Shown here piece by piece: positions 53,593-64,000 of a stretch of 64,000 bases of DNA; the first letter of the stretch is position 1; every line of letters starts with the position of its first letter. The notes below the pieces were generated by a model, which saw only the letters and a list, made by a program, of their open reading frames with translations, did not search any database and was not told where the DNA came from. Position numbers and translations under genes: made by a program. Source of the DNA: Camelus dromedarius (Eukaryota); the NCBI RefSeq assembly GCF_036321535.1, contig NC_087436.1, positions 99,326,001-99,390,000 on the forward strand, in the 5' to 3' direction.

Positions 53593-54789
53593 ATAGCATT
53601 TTCCCTTAAATTGTGAACTTTTAATCATATTATAAAAAAGGGTAATTTAAAATTTCCAATTGCTGCTCTTTGCCCTGATATTTTCCAGCACATATAAATT
53701 AGAACATTCCTGTAATAGAAGCTCTTGAATCAGATTTTAAAGACTTCTAGGAATTGATTCTATCTGTTAAAGTTCACAAAAATTTAAAGTGTATTATTTT
53801 GCCTCAATTATATCATTATGGCATCATATTTAGCATGAAGTAAAATGCCCAAATCTCAGATTTTGGCCTCCTGCTAAAAGAAAAATTACTTATGAATATT
53901 TAATTGCTTGACCAGTTGAAAAACAGACACACATTGCCATTTACTAAATTTGCATGGTAGGTGGTTATTCTTTTTTCTGTTAGTGCTTGGAGCTGTTTAT
54001 AGACAGTAATAGAGATAAACTATTAGTAATTGCTATTATAATCAGCTATTTAATTTGATTAGATGGTGATGAAATCATAAGGGTTGATGAGCTATTTTGA
54101 GGAATTTTCATGTTGGACAAGTGGTAGTAAAGAAAAATAACTAATGAAACCTGTTTAGATGACCAAACTTAGTGCCAAATGAAGATATATTGATGAAAAA
54201 GTATTGACCTTACTTTAGAAAGAGTGAGCAGTACTAATTAATTGAGGATTGTCTGAAAATGAGCATTAGTAAAAAGGCTTTTTTCCAGATAAAAACCTTA
54301 CCTCTATTAATGATTATTTTATATAAAAAAATACTTTAACAATTCCAGATGAAAATTTAATAGACTCCATAGTAGCAATTGGAATATACATTTCAATAAA
54401 TGGATTTTATACTAAGTGTTCCCAAACAGCCTGCTTCTAAGTGCTTTTACAAATTTTTCCTGTTTTTCTTCCTCTTTCAAATACAATACTGCCTGCTAAT
54501 TTCTAGTCTCTTCTCTCCAAAGGACTTTGAATTTGTAAAATAAAACATAAAACATAATTGGCTTTAAATGAGTGACTGCAGAGAGTTCCCTGGATTATAG
54601 AGCATGGCATAGTGCATGGATTTAGTGATTTTTGTCTTCACTTCTCTGTGCCATTTTGAATATTTATGAGTTTGTAAGTTTAGCTCTCTCCCAAGCACTG
54701 AAGAGAACAGTTTAGTGAAAATTAATATGCTTATTCTTCTGTCATTCTACAATAGTATGGATCTATTATGTTTTCTAAATATGTCTACC

Positions 54790-55290
54790 TCCCAGTATTT
54801 ACCCTGTTGGATAATCAGCTCTCCTTGAGTGTTGCCTGGGCCTAGCAACTCATTCCTAATGAACAGATCATGGCAAAACATGCCACTTTCATGATCATGT
54901 TACAGTTTTAAAAAAATCTGTCTTCTTTCTTGGGTTCTCACTCTTACTCTCTTCTCATTCTCTCTCTTTCTCTCAGCCAACTGCCATGTATGAGCTGCCC
55001 AGTGGAGAGGTCTACCAGGCAAAGAAATGATGGGGGCCTTTCATTCACAGTCCTTGAGGAACTGAAACCAACAATCCATCAGCCCACAGAGAACTGAATC
55101 CTGCCTACAACCACGTAGGAGCCTGCAAGCAGATCCTCCCCTAGGGGAACCTTCAGGTAAGACTACAGATCCAGCTGACACCTTGATGGCAGCCTTGTGA
55201 GACAGCTTGAGGCTAAGTCACAGTTGTATTCCTAATCCATACAAACTGAGATAATAAATGTTGTTTTCAGGTGGTGGATAATCACTATTA
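54790..55290 (+). mobile_element. MLT1E/F-like MaLR LTR
   Basis: gccaactgccatgt...tggagagg...gaggaactga...gctgacaccttgatggcagccttgtgagac...aactgagataataaatgttgtttt. Confidence 0.8.
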
Positions 55291-56059
55291 GAGATATTTT
55301 ATTATCTTGGTCCCTTGTGATTTGAGGGTTGCGTTTTCTGCTTCACCTGGTTCACAGTTCTTGATTGCATGCTAGATATTGGGTATAAAAGATAATAGTG
55401 AAGTAAATAATGTTTATCATTAGCAGACACATAACCTTGTCTCTGTCAGCCCTCTAAAGTAGGACCCAAATCAATCTCATGTGTAGTTGAGCTGGTTTTA
55501 GGATTTGTTGAAACTATAGTCAAATTTAGATTAGCTCTGTCTTCATATGTTGTGAATGTAGTATCAGGAGCCTCCTTTCAGAAGGGCTTGAAATCTAAGC
55601 ACAGCTGAGAGAGTCTCAAAAGATGACTGACCAATCTCTTCTTCTTCTCTCTCTTTCTTTCCATATTTATATATCTTATTGGTTATGTTTGTCTAGAGAT
55701 TCCTGATGAACATACTACCTATTATCCATGTATATTTTTATTTAAATGTTTAATTTATGTTTCCCTCTACCAGAACGTAAGACTCATGAGGACAAGGATG
55801 TTTATATGTCTTGTTCATGGCTGTACTTAATACTGGACAGAATTATAAAACAATGTTTGAGGCATTTTTGTCTTCAATAATAGAATTCATGTACATTTAT
55901 TTTGAAGTTTATTCCAGTTTATCTTTTGCTTGCTGCTGTGAATGATCCAATTTTATGTCAAATTTTCTACTGCATTGCTTTTAGCATATAAAGTGTACAA
56001 GTGGTTTAGAAACATATTGAGTCACATGGAAAACTAATAAGGGTAGGAAGTGCATATTA

Positions 56060-56250
56060 CCAACAAACATGCTCAAACACCATTCTGAATATTTGACATA
56101 TATGACTCTATGTAATTCTCACAACGTTCCCATTTCACAAGTGAATAAATTGAGGTAACTTGCCCAAGATTACACAGTTGCTAGGATGTAGAGCAAAGAC
56201 TTGAAGCTGGACAGTCAGGCTTTGCAGTCCATGGTTTTACCACTATGCTG
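56060..56250 (-). mobile_element. MIR SINE
   Basis: taattctcacaac...cccatttcacaagtgaataaattgaggtaacttgcccaagattacacagttgctag...ttgaagctggacagtc...accactatgct. Confidence 0.75.
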
Positions 56251-56432
56251 TACATGCTATGACTAAATGTCTTGTAACCTCTCTGTGAGGATAAATTCCA
56301 TTAGCAAGCAGGGCCCAACTCCAAGCTTGTTTTCTTATCTATTATTGTCCAAAATTATAGAAATTGTTTGATATTTAATTAAAACATGTATCTGGATAAG
56401 TACTTGCTATGTACACACGTGGCACATAAACC

Positions 56433-56798
56433 TGTCTTAGTCCAGCTGCTATAACAAAATACCATTGACCGCATGGTGTAAACAACAGTCATTTATTTCT
56501 CATTCTTTTGGAGACTGGGAGGCTGATCAAGATGCTAGCAGATCTGATATCTGGTGAGTGTCTGCTTCCTGGTTTGCAGATATTCGTTTTCATATTGTAT
56601 TCCCACATAGGCAGAGAGAACAGAGAGAAAATGAACTTTTTCTTTTCTCTTTTTATAAGAGCACTAATCTCATTCTTCAGGGCTCCACTCTCATTACCTA
56701 ACTACCTCCCAAAGGCGTCACCTCTGAACATCACCACATTGTGGGTTAGGGTTTCAGCAGATGATTTTGAGAGGGATACAAACATCCAGGCCATAGCA
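56433..56798 (-). mobile_element. MLT1A-like MaLR LTR
   Basis: tgtcttagtcc..gctgctataacaaaatacca...aaacaacag..atttatttctca...acctcccaaagg...catcaccacattgtgggttagggtttca...ccatagca. Confidence 0.85.
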
Positions 56799-59700
56799 CC
56801 TTCACTGACTTCTAGTGAGCTGATGTTCCGTCAGGCCAGTTACTCTTTAGACCTTCAAGTTATTAAAGTAATATTATTGCTTTGTCTGGTTTCCAAAGTG
56901 TGTACATCTTTTCTTATTTATCCTGTATTTAACAGATATTTTTAAGTGCCTTTTATAAACCAGGAATCATTCTAGGTGTAGAAATATAAAATACTTTAGA
57001 AACGTAAAACATCATTCCTCAGGCACTTATCCCAGAATATAACCAAAAGCTATTTGCTATCCTTATCCTAAAAAGCCTACCTAAAGTAAGTGAACTTTAG
57101 AAAGCTAGCTGAAAGGACATGTTTTCTACATACTCTTCTAAATAATCTAAGTTCTGCCCCATTTCAAGGTTGACTCTAGGAGGTACACGTACTTGGCTGT
57201 TATCCTTATAACATTTCTAGTTGACAATTAACTAAAAAACACTTCTAGAGTATGTGCTTGACTTGTCAGTTATTGCTTAAGGAGACAGTTATATAAATCC
57301 ATCTGTGTTTTATATGTAATGTTTTTAAGAACATGCCTATTACTTCACTCAAAGTCTTTCAAGTACATTAGAGTGCAGTAAAAATATAGAGATGTTTACG
57401 TTGTGGAAAGAGCATTAGTTTTGGAGTTAAGTATATGAGGGTTCACTTGTAAATCTGTATCAAAAATATAAAAATAATTTCATTATTTAGTAATTCTTCC
57501 AGTAATTTTTGAAAGAAAAAAAATTAAAAATGAACAGAGTTTATGAACACAAAGAACATTATATGTAAATTGGACAATTGGAAACAATATAAACACTAGC
57601 AATATTGGAATAAACAAAGTGTGATACAACCATAATATGAAATACCATGCAGCTAGAAAAATCTTATGGAGCATTTATAGCATAATGAAAATGCAGGATG
57701 TAAAATATATATTGTTTTGATTTTGAAAAAAAAGAAAAAAGTCATTTCAAAAGATGTGGGATTAAAAAATAAACATATAATTGCTTCACGTACATTATTT
57801 CATTTGAATTTAAAACAATTCAGTTGTAGATGAATTATTCCTACAACAAAGCAAGAGAAATGATGTTTTCAGTTGTTAATCAACTTTCTCAGTGCAAGAG
57901 GGCTAATATAAAATTTTGATAAATTGACCTCAATTCAGTAGTAGTCCTAGTCAACAGTTCATCATGGAAAGACTATGCCCAAGTCAATGAGTGTCTGCTT
58001 TGGAAAATTCTTCCTAACTTCTGTAAAATGAGTATGATATGTCTATATTATACTTTTTCACTTATGTATGTTTATCTTTTATCTGAAGGTAAAAATTTCT
58101 CTTTGCCTTGAATTCATATTTTTGTTGTTTTCACTTCCAATCTTTTTGATGTGCTCCCATTTGTAGACTATGCATTGCTTGAGTTCAAAATTAATGTGCA
58201 AATCTTGTAGGCACTTGGTTAAACTAATGCTTTTTCATATACATAGTTACAAGACCATTTCACAAATAAAGGAGAACTTTACTAAACTTTCTATAGAAAC
58301 TGGAATTGCAAGAGCAAACAACTTTAATTTATTAGCTACAGCCTTGTTATGGAAGACAGAAATGAGTTTATTTCTCCCTTGAAATATTCTGAAAATATAC
58401 AACACTTTACATGGGCAAAAAAAGAGAGAAAATTTATACCTCTGACTGGCTTAAAAAATATACAATGTCATATACACAGTATGGAAATTGAATTAAATAT
58501 TGAAATTGGAGTCCTGAGTAGAATGAAATTTAAATGAAATCAGTTCCAGCTTGATAACGTTTGTGTTTTCCTAAAATTGGTTACTGTAGACTCTTGGAAC
58601 TTCATAATAATTTGTTAGGAGTGTTGGTTTATAAATTTTTCTCCCTTGCCGTACTATAGACTTCTTAAGGGCCAAGATCCTATTTTTCTAATATTTGTAT
58701 CCTTTGTAATTCTATAAACCTGACACCTGGGAGGATTTGAATGAGTTTTAAGAAGAAAGGAATCAATGCAGACTAGCTGTAGTAAAAATTTAATAATTGA
58801 TGATGGGACTGTTGATACAAAATGGTAAGAGTATTTTACATTTGTAGGACTTTGTTTTGTTTTTCTCCCCACTGTTGGGTACAGAGTGAAACTGTATTCC
58901 TGTATTTCCAAAATTATTCTTTATAGAAAACTAGAAATTATTATGAAGCCAGCATATAACTTCTATAATTTTAGAAAGTATGCCTCTTTTGATAATTCTG
59001 ATTTGATATCTCTCTTTGGTGTTAATGCAGGGAATACGCTTTGTGTAATTGAAAAATTTTGCTCTTTTGCCTTCTAATTTAAAATCACACTCTATCTGAT
59101 GCTGAGGGAGGGCTCAATTGAAGAGTCAACATGCTGTAATTGAATATGTACAGGTCTGAAAATAGTAATAAGACCTAAGGTCCTGACATAGACTTAGCAA
59201 AATCACAGTTTTACTATTTTATTTTATATCTAATTTCTTTTTTAGTATTCATTGCAACCTTCAAGAAAATCATTGGGATAGTAAAGGTAGCTACATAGTT
59301 GTTTAAATCACTTATTCACCTAATGCTAATTTCTTTATGTATGCAGGACTGTGCTAGCACACACATAAAAGTGTAGTCTTGGAATTTCATTAGATGACTT
59401 TGATGCCTTTTTTTAGGATAGAAAAATATTGGCATACAATGTTAATTTGAGAAAATTTTATTGTTTAAAAATTAATTTGCTGAAGAAGAGTGGTAATTAG
59501 ATCACTCACAAGTTAAAGAGAAGGAAAAAATAAACATTATTTGATAATATTGTCAGTGGAACTAACTAGTATCTGAGAATGCAAGGGATTAGCTTAATTG
59601 GAAAGATAAAGATATAAGCATGGGAGTCAGAAAGATGGGGTAGCAGAGAAAAAGGAAAGATGGAAAGATAGACATGGAAAGAGAAAGAGAGGGGCTGAGT

Positions 59701-60119
59701 ATGTGAAGAAAAGGGACCTAGCATCACCACTCTGATTTGGGGATCTTCTAAATCTATCAAGCCAGTGATTAATATTTCCTTCCACCTCCACCACTACCTC
59801 CCCCATGAGGGATAAAGCACTTTAAATCTCTGATTATAAACCAGGGTTAAATTTTAATGTCAAAATTAGATTTCAGGTTTTTTTTGTTGTTGTTTTTAAT
59901 GAGAAGTTCTAGAAGCCAGCAAATATCAACTCCTCTGAAGTCATAGAAGACATCTCTGAATGACCTACTTTCCCACTGAGCCAGAATATGGCCTATGTAT
60001 CCAAAGCATGAAGCCTTAAATAATCACAACCAACAGGCAATAGATGATCTTTGAGGTTAAACTTCTTTTTCAACCTGCAGTTAACAATCTGAAGTAATTA
60101 TTTACCTTTCATTCATGCC

Positions 60120-61880
60120 AGCCATTGCCCTATTCTGAAAATACTTATATTTTACTGCGGGAGACAATACAAAATAATACATAAGTAAGATGTCAGGTTG
60201 TATAAATGCCATGGAAGAAAATAAAGCAGAAGAAAGACTATGAGGAGTTTAGAAAGTGGGAGAAGTTGCTGTTACGTATGTTGAAAGATTCATTGATGAG
60301 TCCCAAATAAAGAAAGAGTCAGGGGAAATATATCAAGTAGAGAGATTGGGAAATGAAAATATTTGAGGAGAGAGCACACTTGGTACATGCTAAAGGGACA
60401 AGAAGAAGGCCATGTACCTTTTCCTCTCCTTGAGACAGAAAGTCATTGGAGGGTTTTGATCAATGAGTGACATTATATGACCTGTATTTGAAAGACTCCT
60501 GGTTATACAGTTGAGAACATATTTTAAGGACACAGAGAGGGATGAAGGCTATTGTAAATAGTTTGGAGGCTATTGTAAATATCCAGGCAAACGATAGTGG
60601 GGCTATAGTTATTTAAATCTGGATGGAGCAGTATATAGTGAGGAGCGGACAAAGTTTAAAGATAGAAACAACATTTTTTGGTGATGGATTTGATGTGGAA
60701 TGTGAGTGAGAAAGAAGAGTCTAGGATAAATTCAAGATTTTAGGCCTATCTGGAAGATAAAGTTGCATCAAATTAAAATGAAGAAGACGAGAAGAAGCAC
60801 ATTTAGGAAAGTGTACAGACAGTATAGGCTAAGGTATGCTGTGATAACAAACAACTCCAAACTCAGGTGCTAATAAGCAATGAAAATCCATTGACAGCTA
60901 TGATAAATGTCCAGAGAAAATTAACAACAAAAGCTTTGTATGTCAGAACCCCTGAGGGGCCCAGGCTGACTAAGACTCCATGTTGACATGTGATTTAACA
61001 ATCACCATGGCATAGGTCAGGAAACACATTGAATCATGCACTAAATCATAAAGCTTCTTCCCAGAAGTAAAACTCATAACTTAGGCTCAATACTTCATTT
61101 GCCAAAGCGGGTGACATGCCCACATTTATATTTTAAAAGGGGCTAGAGATATACGTTTACCATGTGCATGAAAGGTGTAGACTACACATATTTAGTAAAT
61201 AACATTGGGGGTTCTTCAGAAGATATTTAAATTTAAGTGTACCAAGTTTATAAGTCCGGTTAGATATCCAGCTAATGATACGAAATACAGAGTTGCCTAG
61301 ATGAGTTTAGGGGAGTGATCTGGATCAGAATTAAGTATTTAAAGCCATAGTCTTGGGAATCAAATATACATAGAGAAGAGTACTAGGCCAAAGCCATGAA
61401 ACACAAAGACGAGTGGTCAGGAGGGTGAAGGAGAACAAGTGAAAAAACTGAAAAAAGTGTATCCACTGAGAAAGGTAGGAGGGAAACCAAGAGAAAATGT
61501 TGTTCCAGAAGCCAAGGGAATAAAATAATTCAGGAATGAGTGAGTAATCATTTATGCTTAATGCTGATAATAATGAAATTGAACTCCACCACTGGACTTA
61601 GTAGTATGGAGGTTATTGATAACTTTAAAAGGGAATTTTTCTGTAAAGTAGTAATAAAAAAATGCTCAGTTGCAACAGGCTAAGAGAAAAATTCAAGAAA
61701 GGATATTGTGACAGTGATTTTAAGAGTTTTGATATAAAAGAAGAAATATCTAAAGAAGGGTTAGGGTCAATGAGAGTTTTTTCTCTCTTTTCTAAGATGA
61801 GTGATTTTTAAATATGTTTTTATGCTGATGAAAATGACACAGCAGAGAGGGAAAAACGATGATGCAAAAGAATATTTCAC
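60120..61880 (-). mobile_element. L2 LINE fragments interrupted by an MLT1J/K-like LTR (~60815-61215)
   Basis: Purine-rich L2-antisense motifs (ggaagaaaataaagcag, cattggagggtttt, ggaggctattg, ggaaaccaagaga...cagaagccaaggg, ggaggttattgataactt); inserted MaLR-like taggctaaggtatgctgtgataacaaacaac. Confidence 0.7.
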
Positions 61881-62313
61881 ATTTCTGTAAGAGTGAAGTG
61901 GAAATTACATGCTTCTTATTGAACTAATTCTGAAGTTTTAATGCCTTCAGCAATCACACTGTTTTTCTCTCCATTTTTCTTTTTGTGTCATGTAGAAAGA
62001 AAGAAAAAAGTATCATTAGGTCAAGAGGAATCTGAGATCTGTTGGATATTATTGCAACAGTAGATTAAAGAGTAGACTCTTAGAAACATTCCTTAAAATA
62101 GTTATCATAAGAGATATTTGAACAAATGGAAGGACTTTGCATGCCAATCAATGAGAATTTTTTGTCATATTCCAGGGATAGAAGTAATTGGGCTGACAAT
62201 AAAACAGAATTAAGGTGACTTAGGAAGGAAATTTTGAATCAAATTCTGGAAATAGACTACATTGTAATTTCCAGCTAGCTGAGATTTTTCAGAAAGGGAT
62301 GATATTGTGCCAC

Positions 62314-62685
62314 TGTTGTATATTTGCTCTACCAGATGCTGTCTCTACTCTGCCCAGCTAAGCAGACTGACTCTTATGGAAGTATCACCTGAACACTCTG
62401 GCCAGTGGGGCTAATAATAGATGCCAGCCTAGATATAAGTGAGCAGAATAGAGAGGTTGCCACTCTCTCACTGTTTCAGAAACCTTCTAAGCTTCAGCAA
62501 CCCTCCAGAGTTCCAGCTTTCACCAGGTTCTAAGTAACACCAGTCCCTCCCCTGGCCCATTCAGTCCTTTCTATTCCTATTGATTCCTGGGGCCTTAGCT
62601 TCTCTTCTTGGTTCCTTCAGACTTGTTCTTACTTCCTAAATAGTTCCTTTATTGAAATCTTCTCATTTGAATTATTTGAGTGTGG
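62314..62685 (-). mobile_element. LTR16-like ERVL LTR
   Basis: tgttgtatatttgctc...ctttcaccaggttctaagtaacacc..tccctccccttg-like...aaatagttcctttattgaaatcttctc. Confidence 0.55.
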
Positions 62686-62749
62686 TTCAGTGTAAATTCA
62701 GGTATGATCCCTTCAAATATTTTAGAGGCTATATTGTATACTTGACATA

Positions 62750-63190
62750 TATGTTATACTCAGTCACTGCTATTATTGATTTTATGCTCATATTGCTCCT
62801 AAGTTGGCCAATGAAGCCCATTCAAGTTGGTGTCTCTCTTCTTTTGGCATGTACTCTCAAGTTTTTGAGTTCTTTCTCTCTGGTACAATAATACATTTTG
62901 GGTTCACTATGTTTTTTCCCTGCCTTGGTACTGGAAATGACCATTTCTCTAAGGATCTTGGTTCCTTGTAGTAGGAGATAATATTTTAAAATGAATCAGT
63001 GTGCTAAATGTGCTCCTTTTTTTTGGAGTCATTGATTTTTTGACCCTTTCTCTGCTTTTAGCACTTAGGAAATATACACATTTATGAATTGTAAATTAAT
63101 ACTAACACTTCTGATTCTAATTCAACACAGCAGGATTCTTTTTGCCTGTCTCCTTTCATATTTATTATTCCTTTTTAAAAGAAACTTACA
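62750..63190 (-). mobile_element. Old L1ME-type 3' region fragment
   Basis: ttttatgctcatattg...ttggccaatgaagcccattcaagttgg...ccatttctctaaggatcttggttcct. Confidence 0.55.
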
Positions 63191-64000
63191 TTAATAAAAT
63201 TGATTTTATGTCTGCTGAGTTTACCTGATGAGCTAGCATAAGTCATGTTCTTCTGTTTTGAAACCACTGGAAATGAGGTGCTTTCTCATATCATAGGTAA
63301 GCACTCTTAATTCTAGAAATATATCTCATGTTAAAAAGTCTTGCATGGTGAAAGTACAAATTTTATTTATGGAATGATCACATACTGAATTTTATGATAG
63401 ATTAACGAAATACACATTTCCTAAGGAAGGCTACTGAGTCAGCCTTTATAAAAAGCAGTTTGAAGACTAATGTAATCGAGGTAAGGGATAATTAGGCTCA
63501 GTATGCTTAAATCAAGGTAGAGTAATAAATGGGAAGAAGTGGATATATTTGAAGATAGAATCAATAGATTAGTTATGGATGCAATGATGAATATTTGATA
63601 ATAAAAGAAGGAGAAGGGTCTAGGATAATTTTAGTATTTTACCTGTAAAGGACTTGAAGAATGAAGTTTCACTAAATTAAAATGAAAAAGACTGGAGAAG
63701 GAGCATATTTAGTCAGGACAGACTTAAGTTATCCTATGGTAGCATAATAAACTGTTCCAAAATTCCAAAGGCTAAAATCAACAAAGATTTATTTCCTATG
63801 ATGGCTCTCCATATGCCTTCAGAGTCCTTGCTAGATAGGATATTCTTATAATCCCTTTTAACAAGTAAGAACTTTTTTCATCTCTAGGTTTAATCTTCCC
63901 TGTCCACCTGGGGAATTAGAGTAAACCCACCCATTGCTTAGCAAACACTCCTTACATTTCTTAAAATTAGCATAACTGAGAATTAGTGACTTCAAACTAC

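Noticed and set aside
56508..56945. 145-aa ORF
   Set aside because: Derived from an MLT1A LTR
1..64000. CRISPR arrays, tRNA/rRNA genes, operon-like or defence systems, intact ERV gag/pol/env
   Set aside because: None seen; the sequence is mammalian repeat-rich non-coding DNA with no regularly spaced repeats or long non-L1 ORFs

Overview
AT-rich eutherian genomic DNA, probably camelid (inferred from the L1 subfamily sequence as I recall it and from the lack of Bov-tA/PRE1/Alu/CanSINE-type SINEs). Transposable elements dominate, and I could not identify any host protein-coding exon with confidence. Main contents: (1) a full-length ~7.06 kb minus-strand LINE-1 (2310-9367) with TSD, CpG-rich 5'UTR, YY1 site, ~390 bp inter-ORF spacer and disabled ORF1/ORF2, inserted into a MER58B; (2) three further minus-strand lineage L1 copies, one with a tiny inverted twin-priming segment and one with two large internal deletions; (3) a ~9 kb ERV1 graveyard (42.6-51.3 kb) with eight solo LTRs bearing 4-bp TSDs, a triple LTR nest and a decayed integrase GPY/F remnant; (4) a CpG island at ~51.8-52.35 kb resembling a bidirectional promoter with outward-facing splice donors; (5) old L2/MIR/MaLR/L1M fragments. 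The most unusual signals are a ~180 bp direct-plus-inverted templated insertion at 30.66-30.84 kb copied from 1 kb downstream, the twin-primed L1, and an apparent ancient duplication of an L2/MLT1 junction. I see no evidence for a novel multi-gene system. Repeat subfamily names are from memory and need RepeatMasker/Dfam confirmation.
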